Below, one piece after another: positions 10,743 to 24,559 of a DNA stretch of 64,000 nt (positions within the stretch are counted from its first letter, which is position 1; every line of letters starts with the position of its first letter). The stretch spans positions 50,716,001 through 50,780,000 of the forward strand of contig NC_042999.1 of the NCBI RefSeq assembly GCF_006345805.1. The letters are read 5' to 3'. Both the position numbers and the translations under genes were made by a program. The DNA comes from Octopus sinensis (lineage: Eukaryota). The notes beneath the pieces were generated by a model. It saw nothing but the letters and a program-made list of their open reading frames with translations. It had not been told where the DNA came from and ran no database searches.

Positions 10743-12494
10743 TATTTTTAGATAACCACAACCAATTATTTATTTGTGTAATACCATTTACACCAGACAT
10801 GTATACCCACATCATAACATCCTCTCTCTGCTATATTACACAATGAGAAAGCCTGTATGTAGTCTCATAGTCCATAAGAAATAGCAGCTGAACCTTCCTC
10901 AATGCATCTGCTACCAAAGAAGGGTACATAAAAGAAAATAGTTTTAGGTGACCCAGTAAAGACAGAATCATCATGTCTAGAATGTCTTTGATCATTGCCT
11001 TGGGGGCCATCAACCCCTGATGGAGTTGTAATGGTACTGTTAATACATACAGCAAGTCCTAGGTACTTTGAGATTAGCAGAAGCTCATCCCTTTCCAGAT
11101 CTGATCACAGGATTTTTTTATTAACTTCACCTAGAGTTAAACAATAACAGGAGTAGGTCTAAATGAAGAATCCTCACCCATCTATTATTTTCTGTATCTA
11201 TTCTGTTCAAATCAATCCAGTATTATCATATGATCACAATTTATACTCTTATTTATCATGATGAGAGAATGAATCTATAATACAGTAAATTTCATGTTTC
11301 ACCCCAGCGTCACCTCTACTTACACAATATAACTTCATTGTCTCAGATCTTACTTAGTTTTCATGTGTCACACAACATACCACCTCCTACAAACTAATAA
11401 AACCTCCTCACCTACATTCCCTCATCCATTCACATTATATTGCATTATATTTTTCTACTTGTATAACTGGATGTAGGTATGGCTGCATGGTCAAGAAGTG
11501 GGTACTTTCTAACTAAGTGGGTGGTAAACTTAGACCATTGTCCAGATTAATTACATCACATGATCCTTGGGTGTTTTTAGTAGAGTCCACTCCAGTTCAC
11601 TCAGTTGTAGAAATAAGCTGCAATGTCACTGGTGCCAAGCCGTATCAGCCTTTGCCTTCTGCTTAGATAACATCGAAAAGGGGAAGCTAGTATGCATGGG
11701 TGACTGCTGGTCTTCTATAAACAACCTTGCCCGGACTTGTGCCTCAGAGGGGAATTTTCTTGATGCAATCCCATGGTCATTTATGACCGAGTGGGGTCAT
11801 TACCCTTACTCTGGATGCAACCATCCTGGCCAGATCTCCATTTTAAAGATATCTTCTTCCAGCCCTTTACCTCACAATTCTCAAAAGCTCAGTAAAAAGT
11901 TATAGGTGTTGCCTGTTCCTTCAAATTAAAAATAAATTCTACGGCATAATACTTTAAGCAAGAGTCTTCAAACATAGCCTCCAGTCATTTAAAGTCTTGT
12001 GAATGAAATTTGGTTCATGAAAAGAACCCTGTTTCCATTTGTATTCATAGATGGTAGACTTAATCTATCATCCAGATAAACAGTACCACTTAGTTCTTGG
12101 ATGGGTATTTTAGCAGAGCCCACTTTATTTTACACATTCAAACTAGATCTCCTGTCTGAAGATAACTTACACCCCAGCCTTCCCATCAGGCTCAAAGACC
12201 CTAAAATGGTCGTGGATGCTGACCTTTCTGCCTCCAAGAAATCATGTAACAATTAATTGAAAAAAGTAACTGAAATTTTATGCCTTTTATACTTTTACTA
12301 CCTTGTTGTTGTTTCAATCTTATTTGTAACCAATCTTTCTTATTATCTATCAATAATGTGTGTCCAGTGAACCATGCTCAGCTTGTTCCACTTCATTTGT
12401 TACAGATCCTCTATATGTATAGTCTACATTTCAAAGAAATACTGAATGTCATTTCTTGTGTATAACTCAAGAAGTTTGCTTTTGTATACACACA

Positions 12495-12534
<40 letters not shown>

Positions 12535-12573
12535 TAGACAGAGACAGACAGACAGGTATTTTTCTATAGTAAA

Positions 12574-12977
12574 CAGGAGTGGCCGTGTGGGAAGTAGCTT
12601 GCTTACCAACCACATGGTTTCGCATTCAGTTCCACTGCGTGGCACCTTGGGCAAGTGTTATCTACTATAGCCTCGGGCTGACCAAAGCCTTGTGAGAGAT
12701 CTGGTAGACGGAAACTGAAAGAAGCCCATTGTATATATGTATATATATATGTGTGTGTGTATAAGTCTGTGTGTCTGTGTTTGTCCCCCCAACATCACTT
12801 GACAACTGATGCTGGTGTGTTTACGTCCCCGTAACTTAGTAGTTCGGCAAAAGAGACCAATAGAATAAGTACTAGGCTTACAAAGAAAAAGTCCTGGGAT
12901 CAATTTGCTCGACTAAAGGTGGTGCTCCAGCATGGCCACAATCAAACGACTGAAACAAATAAAAGAGTAAAAGAGAT
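12574..12977 (+). mobile_element. SINE family A, full length
   Basis: Same head, microsatellite and tail. Confidence 0.9.
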
Positions 12978-13338
12978 ATAAATTAAAAAGGGATCTCTAT
13001 CAATTTTGACAATGATGGCTCCTACACACTTCCTATGAAGTGTTTGAGTAATCGCTGTTGAAAAATAAATTTAAATCTATTATTACTTCATATCTATTAT
13101 TAGCAACTAAAAGATGCCTTTCTCAATATGAAAAGCAAAAACACATTATTCAATCAACTGAATATATTTACTCAACGAATAAGCATGTGACTGAACACAA
13201 TCTCAGGCACTTGTACTCTTAGTTTAATTTTCAGGCAGAATCAACATAACACAGTTTCTCTTCACCCTGTTTCCCTCACAATGCTTGTTTTCATCACAAG
13301 GTTGGTGTAAAAGACACATTACAGAAGAGGTTACTCAG

Positions 13339-13772
13339 TAGGTGCAGGAGTGGCTGTGTGGTAAGTAGCTTGTTTACCAACCACATCATCTGGGTTCATT
13401 CCAACCACATCATTCTGGGTTCATTCCCACTGCATGGCACCTTGGGCAAGTGCCTTCTACTATAGCCTCGGGCCGACCAAAGCCTTGTAGAGTGGATTTG
13501 GTAGACAGAAACTGAAAGAAGCCAGTCATATATATGTGTGTGTATATATATATATATATGTGTATGTATGCGTGTGTATATGTTTGTGTGTCTGTGTTTG
13601 TTCCCCCAACATCGCTTGACAACCGATGTTGTCCGATAGAATAAGTACTATTAGAGACCGATAGAATAAGTATTAGGCTTCCAAAGAATAAGTCCTGGGG
13701 TCGATATGCCCGACTAAAAGCTATGCTCCAGCATGGCCGCAGTAAAATGACTGAAACAAGTAAAAGAGTAAA
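13339..13772 (+). mobile_element. SINE family A with small internal duplications
   Basis: Same layout; ccaaccacatcatctgggttcatt duplicated at about 13377-13425. Confidence 0.85.
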
Positions 13773-14309
13773 ACTCAACCTTGGAACTTGTGATTCTCAA
13801 GCAAAATAGATATAACAATTTCTTAAATGTATTCCATTCTGTCAAGGCCTTATCCTTTATGGTGTCTCTAATTCTACTTTCAGTATTATTTAATCAAATT
13901 GCCAGGACATTGTTTAACCCAGGGGTCAACCCTGATTAAGCAATTTTATGATCAAAAACATTCCAAACATGACCAATCCATATTTTTAACTATACACAAG
14001 AGTATGTTATCTACTGTCATTATCCCCTGTTTAAGATGGATGTGTGAGCTGAAGAAAGTTAGAGTGCTATTTCTAGCAGTCTGAGTGACCACATACATAT
14101 CCTCTGAAATACTAGTATATTTCAGGCAAGCTGAGTTCCAGATTCAATTTGGATTCTACTTGTAACTATTCCTGTTAATCATTAGCATCAACATTACAAC
14201 ATCAATTCTCTCCATAATGAATTCTAAAGGTGATAAAGCTAATCCTTCATTCATAGATATTTCAGTTTACCAAAAGAGAAATTAGTATAATGGCACTCAT
14301 TGACCAAAA

Positions 14310-15260
14310 ATACTGACATGAAGGTTTGGTTATGCATTGTGTTGACTCTGTCAATGCTTCTCTACAGCAGTGAAACCTGGAAAATGTTAGCCAAGGCAGC
14401 CAAGGAACTGGACACATTCTACCAATGATGTCAATAGAAGATCCTCATAATTATTTGGTATTATATAATTACAAATGAAGAAATCATTTCATCATCATCA
14501 TCATCATCGTTTAATGTCCGCTTTCCATACTAGCATGGGTTGGATGATTTGACTGAGGACTGGCGAACCAGATGGCTGCACCAGACTCCAATCTGATCTG
14601 GCAGAGTTTCTGCAGCTGGATGCCCTTCCTAACGCCAACCACTCCGAGAGTGTAGTAGGTGCCTTTATGTGCCACTGGCACAAGGGCCAGTCAGGCAGTA
14701 CTGGCAATGGCCATGCTCAAATGGTGCTTTTTATGTGCCACGTGCACAGGAGCCAGTCCAGTGGCACTGGCAACGACCTCGCTTGAATGTTTTTTCATGT
14801 GCCACCAGCACAAGCGCTAGTAAGGCGACACAGGTAACAATCACGCTCGAATGGTGTTTTTGACGTGCCATCAGCACAGAGGCCAACTTGTTGCTCTGAC
14901 CACGATCTCACTTGTAGGGTACTCTTAGCGCTCAACTACCACAGATGCCTGTCATCGAATTTGATTTCGATTTCTACTTAACTTGCCTCAACAAGTCTTC
15001 ACAAGCAGAGTTTAGTGTCCAATGAAGGAAAGGCATGCATAAGTGGACTGGTTACACCCCTGGCATAGGCCACAAGGTTATGGTCTCACTTGCGCTTGCC
15101 GAGTCTTCAGTTTTACCCTGGTAGGCCATATTTTGCATCTGCCAGTTATTCAACATGCAAAGACTGCAAGAACAAAAATGGAAAAAGAGCAGACCCTAGA
15201 AAATATTGTGATGGACATTCCTGGGAGACTTCAAATGCACAGCGACCTCCAGATTGACAG
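14310..15260 (+). mobile_element. Old RTE LINE C-terminal fragment, split by a younger insertion
   Basis: 14310-14488 reads MLLYSSETWKMLAKAAKELDTFYQ*CQ*KIL..W...ITNEEI; after 15108 it resumes as TLVGHILHLP...AK; both are RTE thumb/C-terminal motifs. Confidence 0.7.
14489..15108 (-). mobile_element. 5'-truncated RTE (complete 3'UTR plus last ORF codons)
   Basis: (CAT)n tail, GTGCCAC modules and cttgcctcaacaagtcttcacaag match the 3'UTR of the 41527 element; ends at tcacttgcgcttgccgagtcttc. Confidence 0.85.
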
Positions 15261-15636
15261 GCTGGAGGGAGCTTACTGCATTATCCATTTCACAATGTTA
15301 AAGAGCCCATGTCTAAATAAGTATGACCTAAAGCTTAAATCAGATATTAAAACTTCAACGTTGAGCATTTTAAATAAATACTCTATGTAAGAAATCAATT
15401 AGAAACAGTCAGAATATGCTGTATAAATTACACACTAGTTAGGAAACTTAAAAGAATATCTGGCTAAAAAAAAAATCAGTTTTCTCAGAATGTAAAAGTT
15501 ATATAATAGAGTTAAGCAACAGAATTTTGGAGCCATATCGATGATTTGTGTTGGCAAAATGTAATGCAAATAGTTTAAATAATGGAATACGTTATATGCT
15601 GCAAAGATTATCAAAACTTTAACGATATTTATAAAC

Positions 15637-15811
15637 TAGGAGTGGCTGTGTGGTAAGTAGCTTGCTTACCAGCCACATGGTTCTGAGTTCAGTCCCACTG
15701 CATGGCACCTTGGGCAAGTGCCTTCTACTATAGCCTCGGGCTGACCAAAGCCTTGTGAGTGGATTTGGTAGACAGAAACTGAAAGAAGCCCATCGTATAT
15801 ATGTGTGTGTG

Positions 15812-15862
<51 letters not shown>

Positions 15863-16078
15863 GTATGTGTGTGTTTGTCCCCCCAACATTGCTTGACAAC
15901 CAATGCTGGTGTGTTTACATCCCCATAACTTAGCAGTTCGGCAAAAGAGACCGATAGAATAAGTACTAGGCTTCCAAAGAATAAGTTCCGGGGTCGATAT
16001 GCTTGATTAAAGGTGGTGCTCCAGCATAGCTGCAGTCAAATGACTGAAACAAGTAAAAGAGTAAAAGGGTAAGAGTAA
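15637..16078 (+). mobile_element. SINE family A, full length
   Basis: Same layout. Confidence 0.9.
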
Positions 16079-16387
16079 CCACATACTTCAGATATTGACT
16101 TTAGAATATAAGTTAGGTATTTCCTTGTGATTTTATTCTCCTCAGCCCGCTTCTGTTTAGTCTGATCTTGAAAAGCAGTGGTGATGTGTGTTGAGCAAAA
16201 ATTTAATGCAAATAATTCAAAAAGAGAAATAGATTTTATACCATGAAGGTGATCAAATATTTAATGATTAGCTGCAAACCACACACTACAAATATTGAAT
16301 TTAAAGTGAAATTTAGTGTTTCCTCTTCGTTTTGTTTACAGTCCACTTTTACGCAGTATAATACGTAATGATATAATAATTTAACAA

Positions 16388-16620
16388 TGGCGGTGAGCTG
16401 GCAGAAACATTAGCACGCTGGGCGAAATGTGTAGCCGTATTTCGTCTGCCATTACATTCTGAGTTCAAATTCCACCGAGGTCGACTTTGCCTTTCATCCT
16501 TGCGGGGTCGATAAATTGAGTACCAGTTACGCACTGGAATTGATGTAATCGACTTATTCCGTTTGTCTGTCCTTGTTTGTCCCCTCTGTGTTTAGCCCCT
16601 TGTGGGCAATAAAGAAATAG
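16388..16620 (+). mobile_element. tRNA-derived SINE family B, full length
   Basis: ggcggtgagctggcagaaac head, B box gttcaaattcc, core gtcgactttgcctttcatcc...gataaattgagtaccag, tail gtgggcaataaagaaatag. Other copies at about 2117, 20927(-), 30795, 31025, 31640, 38520, 39848(-), 50950, 62123. Confidence 0.85.
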
Positions 16621-16996
16621 ATAACCCTTAAACCTTCAGATTACGATATCAAATGTAATGCTTATTTATTAACATTGTTTTGAATTAATCATGCATTATC
16701 TTATAGCTTATAGATTCCAAAGATGTATTTGTTAATTTTTAGAATGACATTGCAGGGTAGATGTAAGATACCAGATCTGGTCATTTTAAACATAAAACAG
16801 GTAGAACATTTGGGCCAGATATGACCAGTTTAAATGCTAAATGGTTAAAAAGTTCTAGACAGATTGTCATCAGGAACTTTTATATGCTTGTGGTTTGACT
16901 CGCATTGAAGAATCTGTCTACAAGTCACAGAATATTTATCCAAACTATTTCAGTACAAAACATATACCTACAAAACACACTCATACTTGTGAATAT

Positions 16997-17400
16997 AGGA
17001 ATGGCTGTGTGGTAAGTAGCTTGCTAACCAACCACATGGTTCTGGGTTCAGTCCCACTGCGTGGCATCTTGGGCAAGTGTCTTCTGCTATAGCCCCGGGC
17101 CGACCAATGCCTTGTGAGTGGATTTGGTAGACGGAAACTGAAAGAAGCCTGTCGTATATGTATATATATATATATATAAATGTATGTGTGTCTGTGTTTG
17201 TCCCCCTAGCATTGCTTGACAACCGATGCTGGTGTGTGTTTACGTCCCCGTCACTTAGCGGTTTGGCAAAAGAGACCGATATAATAAGTACTGGGCTTAC
17301 AAAGAATAAGTCTCGGGGTCGATTTGCTCGACTAAAGGCGGTGCTCCAGCATGGCCGCAGTCAAATGACTGAAACAAGTAAAAGAGTAAAGAGTAAAGAG
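16997..17400 (+). mobile_element. SINE family A, full length
   Basis: Same layout. Confidence 0.9.
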
Positions 17401-18214
17401 TATATATATATATATACATACACATACACCAGAGAAACCATGAAACTGGCCTTACACTCATTATGGGTTAATATGAAATTTTACACTGAATATAATTTTA
17501 CAATAAACCTTGAAATGTCAATTAGACTAATTTAGATTTCTGACCTATGGCATGACTGTAGAGCAATTTGTTATACTATATCCATGATAGAATGTTAAGC
17601 AGTGTGGCTAACTTTTTTCCCTATGGTGGTATTTAGTTTCAAAAATTAGAAATTAAAATAATCAATCAGTGTGATTAGATAATTATGCACATTCATTGAG
17701 GTTTGTAATTGACAGAAAACCAGGATTTCAGGTGTGCTTGAATAGTCAGCAGCAGGAAAACATATGGGATGAAGAGTGTAAATTACTCAGTTCTCATATG
17801 GTGTGCATTTGTTTTACATCCATTTTTCTTTGCTAGCATGGGTTGGAAGAGTACTTTTTTTAGGTAATATTTCACTACTAGTTACTTTTCCCATCACTAA
17901 CCCTTATTTAGTTTTATATGTAAGGGATACTTTTACAGCCCTGCTTTGAGTGCGCAGGTCTATGGGATCTGCGGAAAATGAACGCAAAATTCTTCATTCT
18001 TCTTTTAACCAGTTTAACCAAGATTTGATTCATCTGCTGATTAGTAACATTAAAACTGACAAATTGCATTAAAAGACCTTTAGGAATGCAAACATGAACT
18101 CATCATTTTTTTTTCTGCTCAGCCAATCTCTTACAATGTGTAACAACAACTTTTGTGCATACATACACATGCACACTCAAACATGCACACACATAAATCT
18201 TTTGTCTCTTTTTA

Positions 18215-18545
18215 TCTTATATTTGCCTCAGTCATTAGACTGCAGCCATGCATTGAAGAATTTTTATTTGAACAAATTGACCCCAGTACTTGTTCCCTGT
18301 TAAGCCTGATACTTAATCTATCGATCTCTTTTGCCAAACTGCTAAGTTATGGAGACATGAACACACTAACATAGGTTGTCAAGCAGTGGTGAGGAACAAA
18401 CATAGACACACACACATATATATACACATACGTATATATACACATACAACAGCCCACAGGCATATGGCATAGTGGTTAAGAGCGCAGGCTACTAACCCTA
18501 AGATTCCGAGTTTGATTCCAAGCAGTGACCTGAACAATAACACTC

Positions 18546-18585
<40 letters not shown>

Positions 18586-18910
18586 CATTGAAAAATACCT
18601 TAGGAATGAGAACCTAGGTTTGAAATTTCTCCAAGACACTTGAAGAAGGCTGGAGGGTATATCAGCCAAAACGTGTTAACAACAAACAAGATGAGGACAA
18701 ATAGCCATTGAATGTAAATAATGTACATGATTCCTCATCTCTTAAATATAGAACTATACAACAGGCTACTTTCAATTTCTGCCAACCAAAACCACTCACA
18801 AGGCTTTGGCCAAGACTATAATTGAAGACACTTGCTCAAGGTGCTATGTAGTAGGACTGAACCTGGAAGCATGTGGTTGGGAAGCAAATTTCTTACCACA
18901 CAGCCACTTC
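18215..18910 (-). mobile_element. SINE family A (minus) interrupted in its microsatellite by another SINE
   Basis: 3' half at 18215-18420, 5' half at 18760-18910, insert between them. Confidence 0.75.
18452..18755 (+). mobile_element. tRNA-derived SINE with internal (AAT)n
   Basis: A box tggcatagtgg, B box gtttgattcc, (AAT)n at about 18545-18585, unique 3' body. Confidence 0.7.
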
Positions 18911-21685
18911 CTTCAGTGTCCATCTATACTTCCATTCAAAGTATTGGTCAGCTTGAGACAATAGTAGAATACACTCACCCAATATGCTGCACAGTCAGAT
19001 TAAATATAAACCTGTGATTGTAAAGCAAACTTTTTGGGCCAAGCAGTCATTCTATTCTTGCGTCTATGAATATAGGTGATAGTTGCTCTTAGCTAAGTAA
19101 TCTAATTAGTATTGATGGTGATTGGAATGAACTGTAAGGAAGAAATTCAGGAAAATTCTGTCACAGCGAACCAGAAAAGAAATTTCACTTCTCTACCAAA
19201 TACAGACATTTCAAAGCATATATAAAAAGTGTGACACAGCATGGTAGTGAGACAAGGACTGTAGATGAGGAATAGCTGTAAAAGCAAGTGATAAATGAAT
19301 TGTTGAATGAATAATGTTAATTTGCTTAAGAAGTAGACAATAAAACTGAAGAAATCCAGGAAACGGTTGTCAGACATTATGAAGTATATATATAAAAAAG
19401 CATGACACAGCATGGTAGCAAGACAGGGACAGCAAATGTGGTAGAGTTGTAAAAGCTGGAGAGAAATGAACTGTTAAATGAATAATGTTAACTTTCATAA
19501 GAAACAGACAACAAAACTAGGAGAGCAGCTGTGCATCGGACACAGAAGCTGAAAGATGAATGACAGAAAACTACATTAGTAAGGTTCAAACGATACTATC
19601 AGATGAGGAGTGCTATTTAAAGAGGTATCATATACTATTGGTGGAGATGTATATGCAAGAGAAAGATTAAGAAGGACTTGGAAGAAGTGGTAATTTCAGA
19701 TATCTTGATAATGTCTCCTAAAGAAAGATAATGATGAAAGACTGAGATGATGGCTAATATTCTGTATAGTGGTACTAACCAATTCCTAAACCATCATACA
19801 AAATTGGAAGTTAAATTATTGATGATGAAGATGATTGTCCAGAATTGTGGGAGATTATGAGTTATCAAATCATGATCTTTATTATAACTGACTGTATTTT
19901 TACTCAGCAAAATAACCAAATTTAAGTAAGTGAGGAAGGTTTTATATGGTTACTCAACATGCCAAAAATAGGTCAAATTATCCTCAACTAACATTCTGCA
20001 GTCTTATAAACAAAAAGACATATGGAACTAAATTAGTCATGGATGTACAATGTTACAAAAAGAGGCAAGAAGGATTATAAAGACCAACCTGGAGCTAAGC
20101 AACAACTGTCTGGATAAGAATTAGACAGAGATAATTATAGAGAGAAGAACAAATAAAGGTGATCAGAAACTTCAATAATAACTGGAAAATGGACATGAAA
20201 CTCTTCATTCATTAGTTTTTTTCCTCATTTGATTAGTTTAACCGATATTTTATTCATCCTCTGATTAGCAACATTAAAAACCTGCAAATTGCACCAAATT
20301 TCTTTTACATCACAAGTGAATACCTTCAATTAGCTGCAGTAATAATTCTGTCATTTCAGAGGAATTATTAATGCTGTAAAGAAATGTTCTCTTTGTATAA
20401 AGTCAATTTACGAATTGTGTTAAAAGTATGAAGCAACTGATAACAAGAGAGAAAACTATAGCAATAGTGAAACATCATTGAAGAGACTGAAGCCTGGAGA
20501 TTGGCAACTAGAGGAGAAAAATATTTGAGTGTGATTTCTTGGCTATTTAATTTAAAATTAGTACGATAGAAATAACTATTCTCACATCTTAGATAGTGGA
20601 GATAAAAATATAACTGCTTTGTTATAAAACAGTATCATTACAAATTTGAGATAGATTCATTACAAATGAATGAGTAATTATGAGTCTTATTAGGCAGGTT
20701 GGTACTATAGCACCATGAAAATTTCTAGATGGTACTGGTAATTTTAGATTTTAGGAGTTTGGTGGGCCTCTCAAGACACAAAAAATATATAGCAAAAATC
20801 ATTATTATATGTATAAATGTTCTTGGCATGTAACTGGAATTAAGTTAAACGTCCATACAAAGGTTAAATGTAAAAAAAAAACTGACCCATTGTACATAAA
20901 TGTACCATGGAAATAGTCATAAATATATATTTCTTTATTACCCACAAGGGGCTAAACACAGAGAGGACAACAAGGACAGACAAACGGATTAAGTCGATTA
21001 TATCGACCCCAGTGCATAACTGGTACTTATTTAATCGACCCCGAAAGGATGAAAGGCAAAGTCGACCTCGGCAGAATTTGAACTCAGAACGTAGCAACAG
21101 ACGAAATATTGCTGAGCATTTCGCCCAGTTGCTAACATTTCTGCCAGCTCGCCATTCATAAATATATGAATGTTAATATTATACACCATCACCATCATCA
21201 TTTTAACATTCACTTTTCTATGCATGCATGGGTCAGAAGGAGTTTATTCAAACAGAATTCTATGGTTAGATGCTCTTTCTGTCACTGACCCTTACTTATT
21301 TCCAAGCAATGTAATATTTGCCTATGATCAAACATATTTTTGTAGAATTTTGAAAATGAATGATATTGATTTACAACAATCAATATCTGTACAAATAGAT
21401 GCACACACATACATACATTTAAACACACATATAGATGCTACAGAAGACACTTGACCATGGTGTCATGTGATTGGGAAGCAAACCTGAAACTATGTAGTTG
21501 GGATGTTAAACATAAAAACTGACAAATTAGCAGCAGGGCTACCATAGAGCTTGTAGCAAATGTACGAAAAGCTTACGCCAAAATATACCAAATCAAGTAA
21601 AATATGTAAAATCTTTTAATAATTCATCAGACCTGCCTCAAATTTTAATCAAACATGCTTCAGGTAAGAGGATAAAGAAATAACT

Positions 21686-22085
21686 CTTTACTTTTTTACT
21701 TGCTTAAGTCATTTGACTGCGCCCATGCTGGAGCACCACCTTTAGTCAAGCAAATTGACACCAGGACTTATTCTTTATAAGCCTAGTACTTATTTTATCA
21801 GTCTCTTTTGCTGAACCGCTAAGTTACGGGGACGTAAACACACCAGCATCGGTTGTCAAGCAATGCTAGGGGGACAAACACAGACACGCAAATACACACA
21901 TGCATATATATATATATATATATATATGACGGGCTTCTTTCAGTTTCCATCTACCAAATCCACTCACAAGGCTTTGGTCGGCCCGAGGCTACAGTAGAAG
22001 ACACTTGCCTGAGGTGCCACACAGCGGGACTGAACCCGGAACCATGTGGTTGGTAAGCAAGCTACTTACCACACAGCCACTCCTA
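21686..22085 (-). mobile_element. SINE family A, full length
   Basis: Reverse complement of the family A layout. Confidence 0.9.
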
Positions 22086-22333
22086 TGCAAATATTTTTAT
22101 CCTCTAGTTGCCAACCTCCAGTTTCCATTCTCTCTGGTGTTGTTTCTCTGTCACCATATTTCTCTTGTAATATTTGCTTCACACTTTAATCCATGCAACA
22201 TAATTTTGAATTTTATACAGAGAAGATATTTCTTAACAGCATTAATAATTCTTCAATAAATGTAATTATTACTGCAACAGAACAAGGGGCACCAGCTCCC
22301 CCTCCACTCTCTTTTATAAATCTTGCAATAGGG

Positions 22334-24096
22334 TACTTTGGCTCAGGCTAGTCCGGCAGAACAGCACGGCTACAATTATCTCTGCCTATGCCCCACAAGC
22401 GGGGCTGCCAAATGATCAGAAGGACCATTTTTATGATACCCTTCGACAGGCGAACTCAAAGACAAATGGCAATGACCTCATCCTTGTGACTGGAGATTTT
22501 AATGGGCATGTTGGGCAGAAATCTGTATCTTCACTGGTGTGAAATCTGGTATCTTCACTGGGTCATGGTATTGGTTCCCAGAACGATGAGGGGAACTAGG
22601 CTACTGGAGTTCTGTGATGCATGTAACCTTTTAATCTGCAACACTAACTTCAGAAAGCCAGGCAGCCACCTGATATCAATCAGGGGACTCTGCTAGCCAG
22701 ATTGATTTCATCCTCACCAGACAGTGGGACGTAGGGTTGCTCTTAAATACAATGACCCTCCCAGGTGAGGAATGCACCCCCCAGCATAGACTAGTCATTA
22801 GTGACTTTTGACTCGAGACCAGGAGGATACCAAGAAGCAGACCAATCCAGAAGAGAAGGATTTAAAAGCTAAAGAACCCTTCACATGGTCAGAGATTTAT
22901 GGACATCCTCATCAGGAAATTTAATGAGAGGGAGGAGGAACTACAGTCCTCAGACATAGAAGGTAGCTGGAAATTCTTATAGGACAGCTTACTGAGTGCC
23001 ACAGACCAAGTTTGCAGATGGTGCAAAGTCCCTTCCAGACCTAGAGTAACGTGGTGGTGGAATAATACGGTAGACAAAGCCATCAAAGCAAAGAAACAGG
23101 CCTGGAAAGCCTGGAAGGGTGGGGGTAGCAGGGAACCATACCAGATAGCCAAACGGGAGGCTGGGCGACAGGTATACATAGCCAAGGGTGAAGCAAAAAA
23201 GAAGTTTGCCAATGTCCAGCAACATGAGGACCAAAGAACTGAAGTATTCTGGATTGCAAAACAGTGTGTGAGAGAAAATTGTGATGTCACAGGAGAGAAA
23301 TGTGTCTGCATGGATGATGGTGCACTTGCTTTTAATGATTCGGAAAAGAAAGAGGTTTGGAGGAGCCATTATGAAAGACTGCTGAATGTGGAGAATGAAT
23401 GGGAATGCCAAATGTTGACCCAGTAGAGGGACCAGCTATCCAAATAGACAGCACCCTGGTAGATAAAGCAATTAAGGATATGAAGGAAAAGCCCCCAGCC
23501 CATCAGGAATCACTGCAGAGATGCTTAAAACATCTGGTGGTGTAGGCTATGGCCTAGTCACCTGTATTGTAAACCAGGTAGTTCATGATGGAGTCATACC
23601 CAATGACTGGCGTAGCAGCACCATAGTCAACTGCTATAAAGGTAAAGGTGATGTTCTAGATAGAAATAACTACAGGGGTATCAAACTGCTGGATCAGGTG
23701 ATGAAGGTCACAGAGAGGGTCATAGCCTAACTAATTAGGGAGAGAGTCTGCTTAGATGAAATGCAGTTTCATTTTGTGCCAGGTAGAAGCACCACTGATG
23801 CAATATTCCTGGTTAGCAACTGCAGGGAAAATACCTAGCCAATGATAAACCCCTATATTTGGCTTTTGTGGACCTGGAGAAAGCCGCTTTGACTGGCTTC
23901 TGTGTCGGGGTACGTAAAAAAGCACCCACTACACTCTCAGAGTGGTTGGTGTTAGGAAAGGCATCAAGCTGTAGTAACACTGCCAGGTCAGACAGGGGCC
24001 TGGTGCAGCCTCCTGGCTTCCCAGCCCCAGTTGAACCATCCAACCCATGCCAGCATGGAAAACAGACGCTAAATGATGATGATGATGATGATGATG
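22334..24096 (+). mobile_element. Degenerate, internally deleted RTE LINE
   Basis: ATIISAYAPQ, GDFNG, EGTRLLEFCDA, NTNFRK, WWWNN, NYRGIKLLD, FVDLEKA motifs with stops and frameshifts; after DLEKA (about 23887) it jumps to the 3'UTR end and (GAT)n tail. Confidence 0.9.
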
Positions 24097-24475
24097 CTCT
24101 GATTATTAGGTAGCCCGGTAAAAAAAACGGAAAGGATTAAAGGAATTTAAGAAAGAAATGATTTGTTGAAATAATGAAAAAAAATTAGCTTGGATGATAT
24201 TAGATCGTGAACAGGAAAATAAGTTTTGCATTTTTATTTTGGTGCATTTTACACCCAAATAAACTTAATCAGTTGCTTGGTTCAACAACACTTCTTAGCC
24301 ATTGGATGCCTTTAATGGAATACAATTAGTTGCAAGTATCTGAAGCCATATCTCATCAGATAATAATCAAGAATATTAATTCAATCATTTATCTTAACAA
24401 GCATGGAAGATGACGTTGGAAATGTTTCCGTTATTTGAGACCTCATCAGCAAAGCGTAGATTTCACTGTACTTGC

Positions 24476-24557
<82 letters not shown>

Positions 24558-24559
<2 letters not shown>

